A DNA stretch of 63,483 nucleotides, the filler included, from Asterionella formosa (taxonomy: Eukaryota): assembly GCA_002256025.1 (NCBI GenBank). It is 11 parts of 11 records of this genome, joined end to end, with 100 filler letters (N's around TTAATTAATTAA, not from the genome) between each part and the next. Parts side by side here need not be neighbours in the genome. Positions count along the whole stretch, not along the records: positions 1 to 24,568 come from NKIB01002214.1; 10 more parts are not named here. One strand, written 5' to 3'. The notes under the pieces are model-generated. The model made no database searches. It worked only from the letters and a program-made list of their open reading frames with translations, and was not told the DNA's origin. The position numbers were made by a program, and so were the translations under genes. How positions within the stretch are numbered: position 1 is the first letter of the stretch; each line of letters opens with the position of its first letter. Of the stretch, positions 11,767 through 22,782 are shown piece after piece.

Positions 11767-14585
11767 ATGGCATGCATGACGGCACTTGATCTCAGTGGGG
11801 TTACCGGCATCCCCTCCGCTTCTCTAGTCTTCGGAAGTGCCGCAATGAACGGAGATGAATACGTCCGGTGCGCAAAGTGTGGCTTCGGAGGGTGCGATGT
11901 CCGAGTTTCTGGTTGTGGATGCACTCTTCATGCGGTCAGTATTTTCTTCTGTTTTGCGTTTACGTATGGTTTGTACGAAGTGTTGCGTAGACGTCACAAA
12001 TTGTTTCGTTCGACAATCAGATTCCTGACATCATTCTTTGCGATGACTGCTCTTTGGAGCTTGGCGTTTGTAATTTCCATGCCATTTTTCATGCGGAACT
12101 CGTTGGACCCAACTGAGATGAGATTATAATGAGTTTGTTTTCAATTGTTGGAACTCTTCAGCATCCCTACCGGTAGTCACGTGGCGACTTAGTCCTACTT
12201 CCGGAGGTTTATTTACTTAGGGTTGGGAGCGATTGTCACGCACGCGACAAACGCACTGTGTAATTCTTTCGTCGGGTTTTGCATTTTATGCTTCGCTAAC
12301 GAACTTGTCGATCATCGTGCTCACTCCGTTTATTCTTTTGTATTGCTCTCACAGAGATGCATTGCTATCAAACCGGAAGGGTCGCTCTCCTTTTGTCCAG
12401 AGTGTGCCCGCGAAACGACTGGTCTTGTTCTCTTTCCGATGTCGTTTCGTGAGATCGATGAAGCCCGCAAGACGGTTGCTGTGTTGGCGAACACCGGTCG
12501 TCGCGGACGTAAGCGGAAGAACTCAGAAAGCGGCACCGAAGAGAAGTGCGCCTATGTCTCGGAACGCCGTACTGGCCGCTGGACGCCGGAGGAAACGGCC
12601 TACTGTGATGTCCTCATTGACAAGTTTGCTGCTGGTCAGCTACCTCTTGCTGAAGGCATCAAACTCAACGACTTTCTTGGAAGCATGCTGAAGTCCAAGC
12701 AGTCGCGCCTCACCAAGAAGATGAAGAATGCGAAACTCAGCTCCAAGACTTTTGAGCGCGTCTTGGGTCACGTTGGTGATCACAACGATGCTCGAGACTT
12801 CTCGGAAGTTGAGGATTCTTTCTTTCATTCGATCCAGTGCCACCAAGAGCGTGCCGAAATTAAGTTTCACATGCAGAAGGAATGGCGCGAGATGTTTAGC
12901 AACTACTGTGCTGCTGTAGGTCAGCCCCTTGATGCGGACGCATGGTTGAGCAGTGTCGAAGAGATGGATCGCAGGGCTTCTCATGCGAAGGATGCCGCCC
13001 GTATGTCTCGACGCAAGATCATGATGGGACATGCCCTTCGTCTGGATAGCAAGAACCCTGACTCTGGTGTCTTCATCGAGAAGAGCGAGGCCGAGAAATT
13101 GCTCGACCAGAATTCCCCTGACTGCATCGACCACGATTCCCTGGATGCTGAGGAGGAGCTGCTCGCTTTCTTTTCGGAAAAGCCCACATTTGACGAGAAG
13201 ACGAAGTCTATTCCTGGATTTGGAGAATCCAACAGCAAGAACAGTTTGCTTCATTCTGCTCCCTTCTTGAGCAAGGCTATCTCTTATATGCAGCGCCACA
13301 GTGTCCCGTTTGAACATATTGATATTTGGGTGCCCTCCTTTGTTCCTACTACTGGAGAACACAGTGCTGAGGAAGCAGGAAACACTACTTGCCGTTTGTG
13401 CTACGCTGGCAGCGCTACTGTGGACTTGAAGGTTGACCAAGAAGGAAAGTGCTATGTACCCGTGAGTGAAGAAGAGGCTTTTTACCTGCACGCGTTCGGA
13501 GACTACAGCCAAAAATTTTCTTTCGATGTTGGCTGTGGTTTACCAGGACGTGTATACCAGAGCGGTCTCCCCACCTGGGAACAAAGTGTTCAGAACGCCC
13601 CCCACCACCATTTTGAACGCTGTGGAGGCGCCCGCAATTTTGGAATTAAGACGGTCGTCGGAATTCCTATTGCTAGTCCCAATGTTGGTCGCATTGTAGT
13701 GAATCTATATTCTCGTCATGATCGCAACAAGGACCAGGAACTCGTGGGACGCTTATCTGAGGAGTTCTCAAGGGTAAGTTGGACATTTGTTATTTTGTTT
13801 GATTGTTTAAACCTTTTTACTAATTTCATGCCCACTTTTCACAGCTTATGCCATCTCCTAAATGGAAGCTTGTTGTCGATATTGGAGATCCCGAGCCAGT
13901 AGAAACCCTTATATCTTGTCCTACAACTGCTTCTATCGGTGCTTCTGCGCATCAACAGTCCATGTTGACCACCAGCTTAACTGCATCTGTTCCCACTTCT
14001 ACTAACCATCACCACATGCATCAACAAATGCCAGAAACTACAAATATGGTCAGCATGCATACCCATGCGCCTCCTGAGTCGTTTCCACTAGCATCTGCTA
14101 GCTCAGACAAAGACCACCGCATTGACGAATTGGTGTCATTACTTGGGGAATATATGCCCTCAGACCCACATTCTCACTTGGGTTCTTACATCCAGGGATT
14201 TATGTCCTTGCGATTGATGCTCCTCCGTCCAAATAGGTCCCAAGTGGAAGAAGACCTTGTCCGAACCATGCTGGGCTCGTTCTCATCCTACACTTCTGGT
14301 GGACGCGCCAAAAATGACATTGCGCTGATGCTTGCGCGAGACTTTGTATTTCTGACTCAATCGCAAGTCCATCAACCTCAGCAACTGTTGCCCCAAGCAC
14401 ATTCTTTTCTTCAAGTCGGACAATCTGTCATGATGCCACCAAGTTCTGGTTCCAATCATTTTTCATTTTTCGGTATCCCTTCTTCTGCAAATTATTCCGA
14501 GAACAGCTACCACAATTCCCCAGCTCTAGCCCCCATTCAATTGTCGGGAAACGGGACTGATACGTTGTCGATTGTTTCGACTTGA
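11767..14585 (+). CDS. Putative transcription regulator: C4HC3 RING/PHD-like finger, basic NLS, stramenopile Myb-like domain, NIN/NLP-like GAF domain; 3 exons
   Basis: Exons 11767-11934, 12355-13773, 13845-14585 (introns GTCAGT..CACAG and GTAAGT..CACAG, both phase 0). Spliced finger CAKC..CGCTLHA|RC..CPEC; RRGRKRK; RTGRWTPEE..F..GQLPL.EG..L..FL..ML...SRLTKK; YSQKFSFDVGCGLPGRVY..PTW. Confidence 0.85.
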
Positions 14586-15220
14586 ATGGATGGGGTTACT
14601 CTGAATGTTTAGCTGGCTGGTCCGAACATTTTTCTATTTTATCAAGCACTTTTTTCACATCTGCGTTTTGAAAACGGCACACTTCCATTTTTAATCAATT
14701 CCATGGGCAAACCCATCAAACCAATTTTTTCGTAACAGTTTGAGGGTGCTTCTTTTTAATCACTCTGTTGGATTTTTCCCACTCCACAGCTTACATTTAA
14801 TGTTAATTTCATTGTGTTTTTCCCAATCCTGCTAAATTGTCTTTAGATCTAGTCTCTTTTTTTCTGTTTGGGGTTATCTTGCTCTGCATAGTTTTTCGAA
14901 AACATCCAGTTGATACCTTGGCTATTCTTCGAAGAGTGAAGGACACGAACAATTCATGGTTCATGAACCGTCGGTATTTAGTAGTAGCTATAGGCGCTGA
15001 TGGACAACTGTCATTTGCTCGTTTAGGTTGTGTCTAGTGTCGTTGTGATGGGTTCACAGATTGTATTGGCAATTTATCGGAATCATCAAAAGAAGGTTTC
15101 GAGGTAGTTTCTAAGTTTACTCGTTATACAGTAATAACTTAAGGTCAAACGTAACAACTGCAAGTAAAACATTTTTCCTTGTGCTGGCATGATACTTGCC
15201 TTGCCTCTACCACGCCTCAA

Positions 15221-15925
15221 CTAACCCTCCAACTTTGACTGACATCGCTGGGCAGAAAATGTAGCACACACTCGCCTTGACTTCCACGGATTCTTGGTCA
15301 CCTCGTCAATTATCCATAGCATGGTTCCATGGTTCATTCTTGGTATAGGGCGTTGTCCGAATAGACGCCTTATACCAGTGAAGCTTTCATATCTGCCCCA
15401 TAGTTGGGCATGCAAATGAAATTGCCCCACTTGCATTATTTCTCCTCGTTCGTTTTTTTGAGTGCGCCTATAAGAGTCTAACACAACCTTGTCGTAGTAT
15501 CGATCTGTTGGACAATAAGGATTCCTTTGCACCTTCCATTCCCCTTTGAGATAGAAACGATTTGTATCCGACGGTGACAAACAAAATGTGCCGTTGGGAT
15601 AGAGGGATAGTTGGCAATCCATTGATGAGCTTCGCTTCGTATTTGCTGGATCCTTTTCGTCATATAACTTTCTTGGAGGAAAAATAAGAGTATTGCTATC
15701 TCCAAAGCACGTGGAACATGATAGTTTCACTTTCCATTGTCCAATCGCTTGATTTATGGCGTCGATCGGCTCGCATGATATCGTTGCGAGACCCATTAAA
15801 ACACATAGTATTGTCAAGAGACTCGGTATTTTAGTGAGAGAACGATGCGATGGTAGACAGCAGGTCGGAGTTGCCTTTGTGTGCTTCATACCACCAGATG
15901 CCATTGTACCGGTAGCCGAAGACAA
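15221..15925 (-). CDS. Hypothetical protein with N-terminal hydrophobic (signal/anchor) segment
   Basis: 234-aa uninterrupted ORF with LLTILCVLMGLATISC and a Trp/Cys-containing beta-rich body; no family recognised. Confidence 0.55.
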   Translation of the reverse strand: MSSATGTMASGGMKHTKATPTCCLPSHRSLTKIPSLLTILCVLMGLATISCEPIDAINQAIGQWKVKLSCSTCFGDSNTLIFPPRKLYDEKDPANTKRSSSMDCQLSLYPNGTFCLSPSDTNRFYLKGEWKVQRNPYCPTDRYYDKVVLDSYRRTQKNERGEIMQVGQFHLHAQLWGRYESFTGIRRLFGQRPIPRMNHGTMLWIIDEVTKNPWKSRRVCATFSAQRCQSKLEG

Positions 15926-16767
15926 ATCAACACGGTGATAAATGTATACATACCGGCTAAAATCTCATTAGTCTACCCGTATACTTCATTGTCCTGGACC
16001 CCCNNNNNNNNNNNNNNNNNNNNNNNNNNNNNNNNNNNNNNNNNNNNNNNNNNNNNNNNNNNNNNNNNNNNNNNNNNNNNNNNNNNNNNNNNNNNNNNNN
16101 NNNNNNNNNNNNNNNNNNNNNNNNNNNNNNNNNNNNNNNNNNNNNNNNNNNNNNNNNNNNNNNNNNNNNNNNNNNNNNNNNNNNNNNNNNNNNNNNNNNN
16201 NNNNNNNNNNNNNNNNNNNNNNNNNNNNNNNNNNNNNNNNNNNNNNNNNNNNNNNNNNNNNNNNNNNNNNNNNNNNNNNNNNNNNNNNNNNNNNNNNNNN
16301 NNNNNNNNNNNNNNNNNNNNNNNNNNNNNNNNNNNNNNNNNNNNNNNNNNNNNNNNNNNNNNNNNNNNNNNNNNNNNNNNNNNNNNNNNNNNNNNNNNNN
16401 NNNNNNNNNNNNNNNNNNNNNNNNNNNNNNNNNNNNNNNNNNNNNNNNNNNNNNNNNNNNNNNNNNNNNNNNNNNNNNNNNNNNNNNNNNNNNNNNNNNN
16501 NNNNNNNNNNNNNNNNNNNNNNNNNNNNNNNNNNNNNNNNNNNNNNNNNNNNNNNNNNNNNNNNNNNNNNNNNNNNNNNNNNNNNNNNNNNNNNNNNNNN
16601 NNNNNNNNNNNNNNNNNNNNNNNNNNNNNNNNNNNNNNNNNNNNNNNNNNNNNNNNNNNNNNNNNNNNNNNNNNNNNNNNNNNNNNNNNNNNNNNNNNNN
16701 NNNNNNNNNNNNNNNNNNNNNNNNNNNNNNNNNNNNNNNNNNNNNNNNNNNNNNNNNNNNNNNNNNN

Positions 16768-17505
16768 NTGAGTGTCATGCAGGAGTATCTCCAGTACATA
16801 AACACACAGTTTCTTGAAGGGTCGTATCATCGTGCTAGGATAGTAAATATAGATGAGACAAACATTTATTTCGATATGGCAGGTGGGCTCATGCTAGCTG
16901 CTGATAAAGGTGCAAAAACCATCAGTTTACGCACCAATGGCAGCAGCATGCGTTGCACAGTATTGTTGGGTGTTACCATGTCTGGAGAGAAGCTTGCTCC
17001 TCTTGTTGTTTTCAAAGGAGTACCTGATGCCAGGATCCAGAGAGAATTCAACAATCAACAGTTTGCTTATCCCCCACTGATGGTTTATCGTTGTCAGGCA
17101 AAGGCGTGGGTCGATGAGTCGGTGTTTGCGCTTTGGATTCGGGAAGTCTGGAAACCATGGACAATCAGCCATGATTCTCAACCAAGCTACCTCCTGATGG
17201 AAGAGTTCCAGGTGCGTTTGATGGCGAAAAGCCTCAATGCAATTAAGGATTGTGGCACTGCTGTGGATTTCATTTGTGGTGGCTACACATCAAAACTTCA
17301 AGTTTTGGACGTTGGAGTAAACAAGCCCTTTAAGGGTTTTGTTAGGAATGCCTATGAGGACTGGATGGTCGCCCATCCTCATGGTACGAAGGTGAAGCGA
17401 CAGGATGTCGCTCAGTGGGTTTGGATTTGGACAGCTTAGCTGAGGGTGTCACAATCAACAATTTTGAACACTTGGAATGCGGTTGGTTACGTTGCAAGCA
17501 ATTGA
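16768..17505 (+). pseudogene. pogo-type DDE_1 transposase, C-terminal part, degenerate
   Basis: IVNIDETN, TVLLGVTMSGEKLAPLVVFKG, KAWVD, LLMEEF (second D is E), GGYTSKLQVLDVGVNKPFK. In-frame TAG at 17437 is followed by LRVSQSTILNTW..* ending 17505. Confidence 0.88.
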
Positions 17506-17808
17506 TGACTCTATTTTATTCAAAAAGTGTAGCATGTGACTAGAAATATAACTTTATAGCCTGTTTAGGCATGTTCTTTTCTTATATTGTTGATTTGTAG
17601 AAGCAATTCCATTGCTTTAATGTTAAATAGCTCAAGTCGTAATTTACAATTTGATTTTTCGCGTTGAAGGTAGTAGAACTATAGTTGATGTGAATCACTA
17701 TAAATGCTAAAGAAAACGACTCTAGAGTCTATTTACTGTTCTACAATATTATAATATATCGTATATAATGCATTTCTAAATCGTTATTGAGGACTGCTAC
17801 AATCGAAT

Positions 17809-18222
17809 CTACTCCTGGCCTTGAATATCCTCCATCAAGCAGAATGAAGCCATTCCGGCATTCCTCTTGCTCTTCTTTCTCATCTTAGAATTTTCATTGT
17901 CATCATACAATTCTAGCACCTGCGCAAACTTGTCGATGTACTTGCTCCGTTGTGAAGGCAATACTGCAGCTTCTTTGCCCAGCAACCCAACAGTGCGAAG
18001 TTCCGTGCTGTCCTTGATGAGGACAGCCTTGATTGTCTCCAACGGCTTGCCCAATACATCATCCACAACAGCCACCAGCTTGAACCTGATCACATCATCA
18101 GCCTTAACCGCTTTCCCGCAGCATTCATGTTGCTCACATAAGCTCCCATTGCTGGAAGCATTTAGTCCATGCAACTCCCCATCTCGGCGTCTGTTGATTG
18201 TTGCTGATCTTGTTGTTGACAT
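17809..18222 (-). CDS. Transposon-borne accessory protein B (SNGSLCxxHxCCG, HIRAN-like), 137 aa, intact
   Basis: ATG at 18222; inside the pogo TIRs, convergent to the transposase; aligns end to end with ORF 9004-9421. Confidence 0.78.
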   Translation of the reverse strand: MSTTRSATINRRRDGELHGLNASSNGSLCEQHECCGKAVKADDVIRFKLVAVVDDVLGKPLETIKAVLIKDSTELRTVGLLGKEAAVLPSQRSKYIDKFAQVLELYDDNENSKMRKKSKRNAGMASFCLMEDIQGQE

Positions 18223-18520
18223 GATTAATATGTACCGGTAGTATGCATTGGTAGTACCGATATTACCATAGTTTTTAATAGTAGCGTCATTCAATTTCCG
18301 CCACAAAAATCAGAACTACTATAGCACCTTACTTTGTCTATGCCTAAAAATTTATTGGGTGTTTGGTGCCACCTTCGAAAAAAATGTACAGGGGGGTCCA
18401 GCAACCTCAGGGGGGCCCAGGATAATGAAGTATACGGTAGTAATAATGGATGAGGTGGCTGAAATTACCGGAATGACACACATACCCAATATGCTAGGCA
18501 GCGATTTAGGCTGAAACTTA

Positions 18521-18606
18521 CGGTGCCCAAAATACGAAGATCGAATATTGCGAAGCTATCGTGGCAAAATCTTCGATCTTCGTATTCGGCAAATTTTATG
18601 GCCACC
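18521..18606. repeat. Small hairpin element, Tourist-MITE-like
   Basis: Perfect inverted AATACGAAGATCGAA (18531-18545) / TTCGATCTTCGTATT; flanked by TTA at 18518-18520 and 18607-18609. Confidence 0.5.
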
Positions 18607-18913
18607 TTACGGTCCCAAGGATTAAATAGTACATCAATCCATACGTCAAATGACCAATCTTGAGAATTGAAATTTAATTTTTACATGAAAATTAGTAGTC
18701 TCGTCTGTAGGAATAGTATAGTAATTAAATATAATGAAAATCGTCAACACTCAATACTCCATCGTCATCGATGCTGTTGTTGTAACAAGGTGATTGGCCT
18801 TCACATCGGCCTATCTCCTTTCTCCTCTGCTCCCACCACCACCAGCATCTCCCTCTTATCACAATTGCGACTCAAGGACCAATGGAATGCTCAACTGAGG
18901 AGGAGAATTCCTT

Positions 18914-20100
18914 TTGCGACCTATTCGATATTGGATAGGCAGCCCCATTCAAGTGCACATGCTTCGAAGTGTGCAGATTGCCATTATATTTGCTGCTGGT
19001 TGTGAACTTCAACACAGGTTTGCATCTAGGGAGGAGAGGAAATTTCGAGATATGGCTGAAGCGTATTTTCGAATTCTGGATGAAGACCTTGACGATGATA
19101 TGTGTGATACCGCCATAAAAAATTAACTGCGATATGCATGGGGGTCCAAGGATAAATCGAGCATGACTGGCGATACCTTATGGAGAAAGTGGCAGGAGAT
19201 TAGAAACAAACTTCGCAACAGTATCATTTCTAGTTCAAACATCGCCCAGGATTTGCACAAACTTCCAAGTGGACATGGTTTGAAGGATGCATATTTCAAA
19301 TTTGTCTGCAATATTTACAAGCAGAGTTTCCAAAAGAAAAATCCAATGTGTCAAATCATGATTGATGGAGTACTAGATATACCTGGTCAATCAGCAAGCA
19401 GACTCGAAATCATGGTAGTTCCAAGCCCACACAATCATTGGGAATACAGGGATCCAACTTTGGGCTATTTGCTTACTTTAAAGATTTTTGGAAGAAGAAT
19501 ATGCAATTGGTTCCCGATGTGAAAGACAGTGATGTTGTAAAAATAAGTCGACGAGAGATGCTGCTGGCAGATCGCAAAGAGAAGAGGCATAAGGAGCATG
19601 GAAGGAGCAGCAAACAAAAGCATCATCATGATAATGAATATTCATCACCCAGCAAACAGAAAACCCCAACCATGATGGATATGTCGATGCTCAATCTTCA
19701 AGCAGCACAAACTCGAAAGGGAAAAAATGATGAGATTGTTGCTCATCTTGATCTTTATGAGAGATTCAAGCACATAATCCCTGAAGACAGATATCGTACA
19801 GCTGTTTTGAATTGTTTTGATAATCTACCTTCCCTACAAACTTATGATGTTGAGAGTACAAGTGTTTTGACTGACAAAAGTGTTGTCAGTGCAACAAGTG
19901 TCTTTGGAAATGAGCTCACTCCAACAAATACTACCCCAATTCCCTCTTTTGTTCATAATAATGAGCAAGATAAAGATCAAGGCCCAGGACTTGTTAGAGG
20001 CATTTGCACTGACTGCCAAGTCATGAACAGTGAACACCTTTGCATTGATTGCAACAAATTTGTTTGTTCCATTTGCTGTGATGGTTTTCGAAATCTATGA
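18914..20100 (+). pseudogene. Decayed ORF, probably the Myb/SANT-like second ORF of a PIF/Harbinger element, with a Cys-rich C-terminus
   Basis: Broken ORFs 18914-19126, 19163-19522, 19438-20100. TGDTLWRKWQEIRNKL is SANT/trihelix-like; CTDC..HLCIDCNKFVCSICC at the end; convergent with a Harbinger nuclease fragment. Confidence 0.5.
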
Positions 20101-20231
20101 AACATTTGGTTTTGTGGTGCTTTCTTTTCTATGCACAGCTCTGATGTTCAGGAACTAATTAGGCAACATAAATACTCATGAATATATTTTACTAATATAT
20201 TTAGTTACATAATATAAATTAATCTATCTTG

Positions 20232-20900
20232 CTAATTTGTAATAGAAGACTCAACAGTGAGCACATTCGTCCACTCTTGCCTGCCAAGAAACAAATTTCT
20301 ATCGTGTAGATTGGAAACAGCAGCATCAAACTTGACTATGTATTTGTTATTTCTTGTTCCTGGGTGTAGGTAGCTGATTGATAAAAGCTTTCTTCTGTGA
20401 TCAGAAACCACCTCAAAAACAACTGAAGGATACCCCTTGGAACCTTTGAATATATTCTTCTGGTAGGCTGGACATCGATTCCATCCAATGTGCACACAAT
20501 CGACTGAGCCTATACAATCTGTAAGCCCAACAATGGACGACAGAGACTGCATAACCTCGGCAATTCCTGTATTTCCCATCTGTGAGTATGATAAATCCAA
20601 TTCAATCGAACTCACATCGCTGTGCTCTGCAAGAGTCGCTTGAATATTTCCAGCGACGGCGTGTGGCGTCAGATGAGGTAGATACGAGAGGTCAAAGACT
20701 GCTCTTGTCTCACCATTCGTTGAACGAAGGGCCTCTAGCAACAAAAATAGCGTTATTCTCCCAGAATGGTAATACATTTTGAATTTTATGGTTGTGTCGT
20801 CTTGATGATTGGAAGGAAAGGCACTGGAAATGAGGTCGTTGGTAGATACCGGAAGACGATTGATGAAATCAAGGATTTGCTTGGTGATCGACTGCGACAA
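20232..20900 (-). pseudogene. Chimeric ORF: LRR-like N-terminal part fused to a PIF/Harbinger transposase fragment
   Basis: C-terminal half GLTDCIGSVDCVHIGWNRCP..FKGSKGYPSVVFEVVSDH..HPGTRNNK matches Harbinger-type DDE nucleases. N-terminal half has IELDLSYSQMGNTGIAEV (RI-type LRR-like). Confidence 0.65.
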
Positions 20901-22782
20901 GTGCGTGCAAATATGATTCCAGATTTCATGTTCCAGTATTTTGTATTTGTAACTGGTCCTAGTACCGGCTGTATTACCGGGACCCTACCAGGTACCTATT
21001 ACCTGGTACCAGGGTGGTACATGCAAAAATTCAAACTCAGGGAGTGCAACCTTTTACGACCGTACCGGTAGTGAAAGTTAGTGTATCTGGTACCGGTACT
21101 AGCAATTCCCGCTCCAGCTATCGTCTTGCCATTCGGACACTTCTAAGTAATTTTTGGGCTCTAAGTAATTTCTTAAGTAATTTTTATTTAAGGGCAATAT
21201 GGGGCACATCGAATTTTTCGGCAATAAAATTGCCGATTTTAGCATGACAACCAGAATAACGGTAATATGCATAGAGATGGTACAACAAGCGTAAAATACA
21301 CGAGAATGATTGTAACATGCAACATCAACGAAAATTGAACATGATGTTTGGAGCAACCAAAGTATGTTATATAATGTAATAAGCAGTGTCAAATGAGAAA
21401 TAGAAAATATTGTTTTGGTTTAGAAACAATAGGTTAAAAGAGGAGTTTCAGTGGCGATGTATCCATTGTAGTAGGCAACATTCTTGCCTTTCCATCACAC
21501 AATCAAAGAGCGAAATAAAACAGAAATGAAGAAAAAAGCTGAACCCAATTGAGGTCTGCATCATTATGTGGCGTAGGTGATCTGGTTGCTGCAACCAGCG
21601 ATGCACATAGCTATAGTAGCCTGACACAAGTAGCAAGAGCGCTTCTGCCCAAAGTTGTTCCTCCCATCAAACAACTCTGATCATTCCATTCCATTCCATT
21701 CCAATTTGAGCAAGCGTGACTGCCAGGCTGTTCCAGCACTATTGTCTCCCTCTAGCTGAATATTGACACATAGAACTCGTAGTAGCAAGGTTGCAAAGCA
21801 CATTAGTACTGCAAGAAAAACATTGCTTGGTGGCAATATTGACATCATGGTCAATGCTGACTATACAAATCAACACATAAGATCAACAACAATCATCAAA
21901 AAGTTGGCATTGATACATACATCAGACAAAGTGTAGATATAAACAACAGAACCAAAACAACAGTGCGGAACAACAAACAACGACAGAAGTGATCAAAAAC
22001 AGACCATGGAAGAAACCAAATCGGAAATTCGATAAATATTATCTACATTACACATTCAGCGTTTCGCTATTGTACTCACCAATCCGCTCCAACTAGACTG
22101 ACCATGCTCTGTCATTATGTGATCGATTTTGTAGCTATACACCGTAGTGCAGACAAATATTCGACATTATCTGGTACACCATAAGCACCGGCAGGTAGCA
22201 AATAAATCAAGGATTCTGTGTACAATGTATATAGCGGTCGGTTTACCGGTATTTGTTATCAACAAAATCAATTGCCTTTTGTCGCCGCGTTGTGGCACTC
22301 ATGGATGGTTTCTTGCATCTGATGCTTACGTCTGAGCTTAAGTACCGGTACCGTAACGAACTGATCTGGAAGGTTTGGACTATGCATGATCAACAAATAT
22401 CAAATCTACGACTGGTAAGGTGCAGAACCAAGATCTGGTGTCGGGTACGGGCAGTCTAATACTTACTAGCTGTGGAATACGAGGGGGGAGTACCGTATCT
22501 GGTCCCCCGGAACCCTGGTACCAGGTACTGGTACTTGTTACATATCTACCGGTGCTTATGAACAATTTGCAGTTTCGCTGTACCTACCTTTTATGTACGG
22601 GTGGTCTGTATTGGATACTTAACTCTCGAAACAGCCGGCGAAACGCTGGAACATGCCACCAAAATGCCGTTCCTTCCCGGGTATAACAGGACGAAAATGA
22701 GAAATAAATGTTCTCCGACTACCGCTATCTTAGACTACAGGAAACGTGAACATCATCTATCTTTCCCACAAAGCTCATTACG

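Larger units (their letters stand above)
15976..18437 (+). mobile_element. pogo/Tigger-like (DDE_1) DNA transposon with a cargo ORF; 5' part lies in an assembly gap
   Basis: TIR CCGTATACTTCATT(G/A)TCCTGG(A/G)CCCCC at ~15977-16003 and 18411-18437. TA at 15974-15975 and 18438-18439. Confidence 0.88.

Noticed and set aside
12640..13512. 290-aa antisense ORF, and similar shadow ORFs over PCCB, TRPC4AP, the cyclophilin and the LRR gene
   Set aside because: Opposite-strand shadows of well-supported genes with no recognisable motifs.
15881..16830. Long ORFs listed in the track
   Set aside because: Composed of N-gap sequence.
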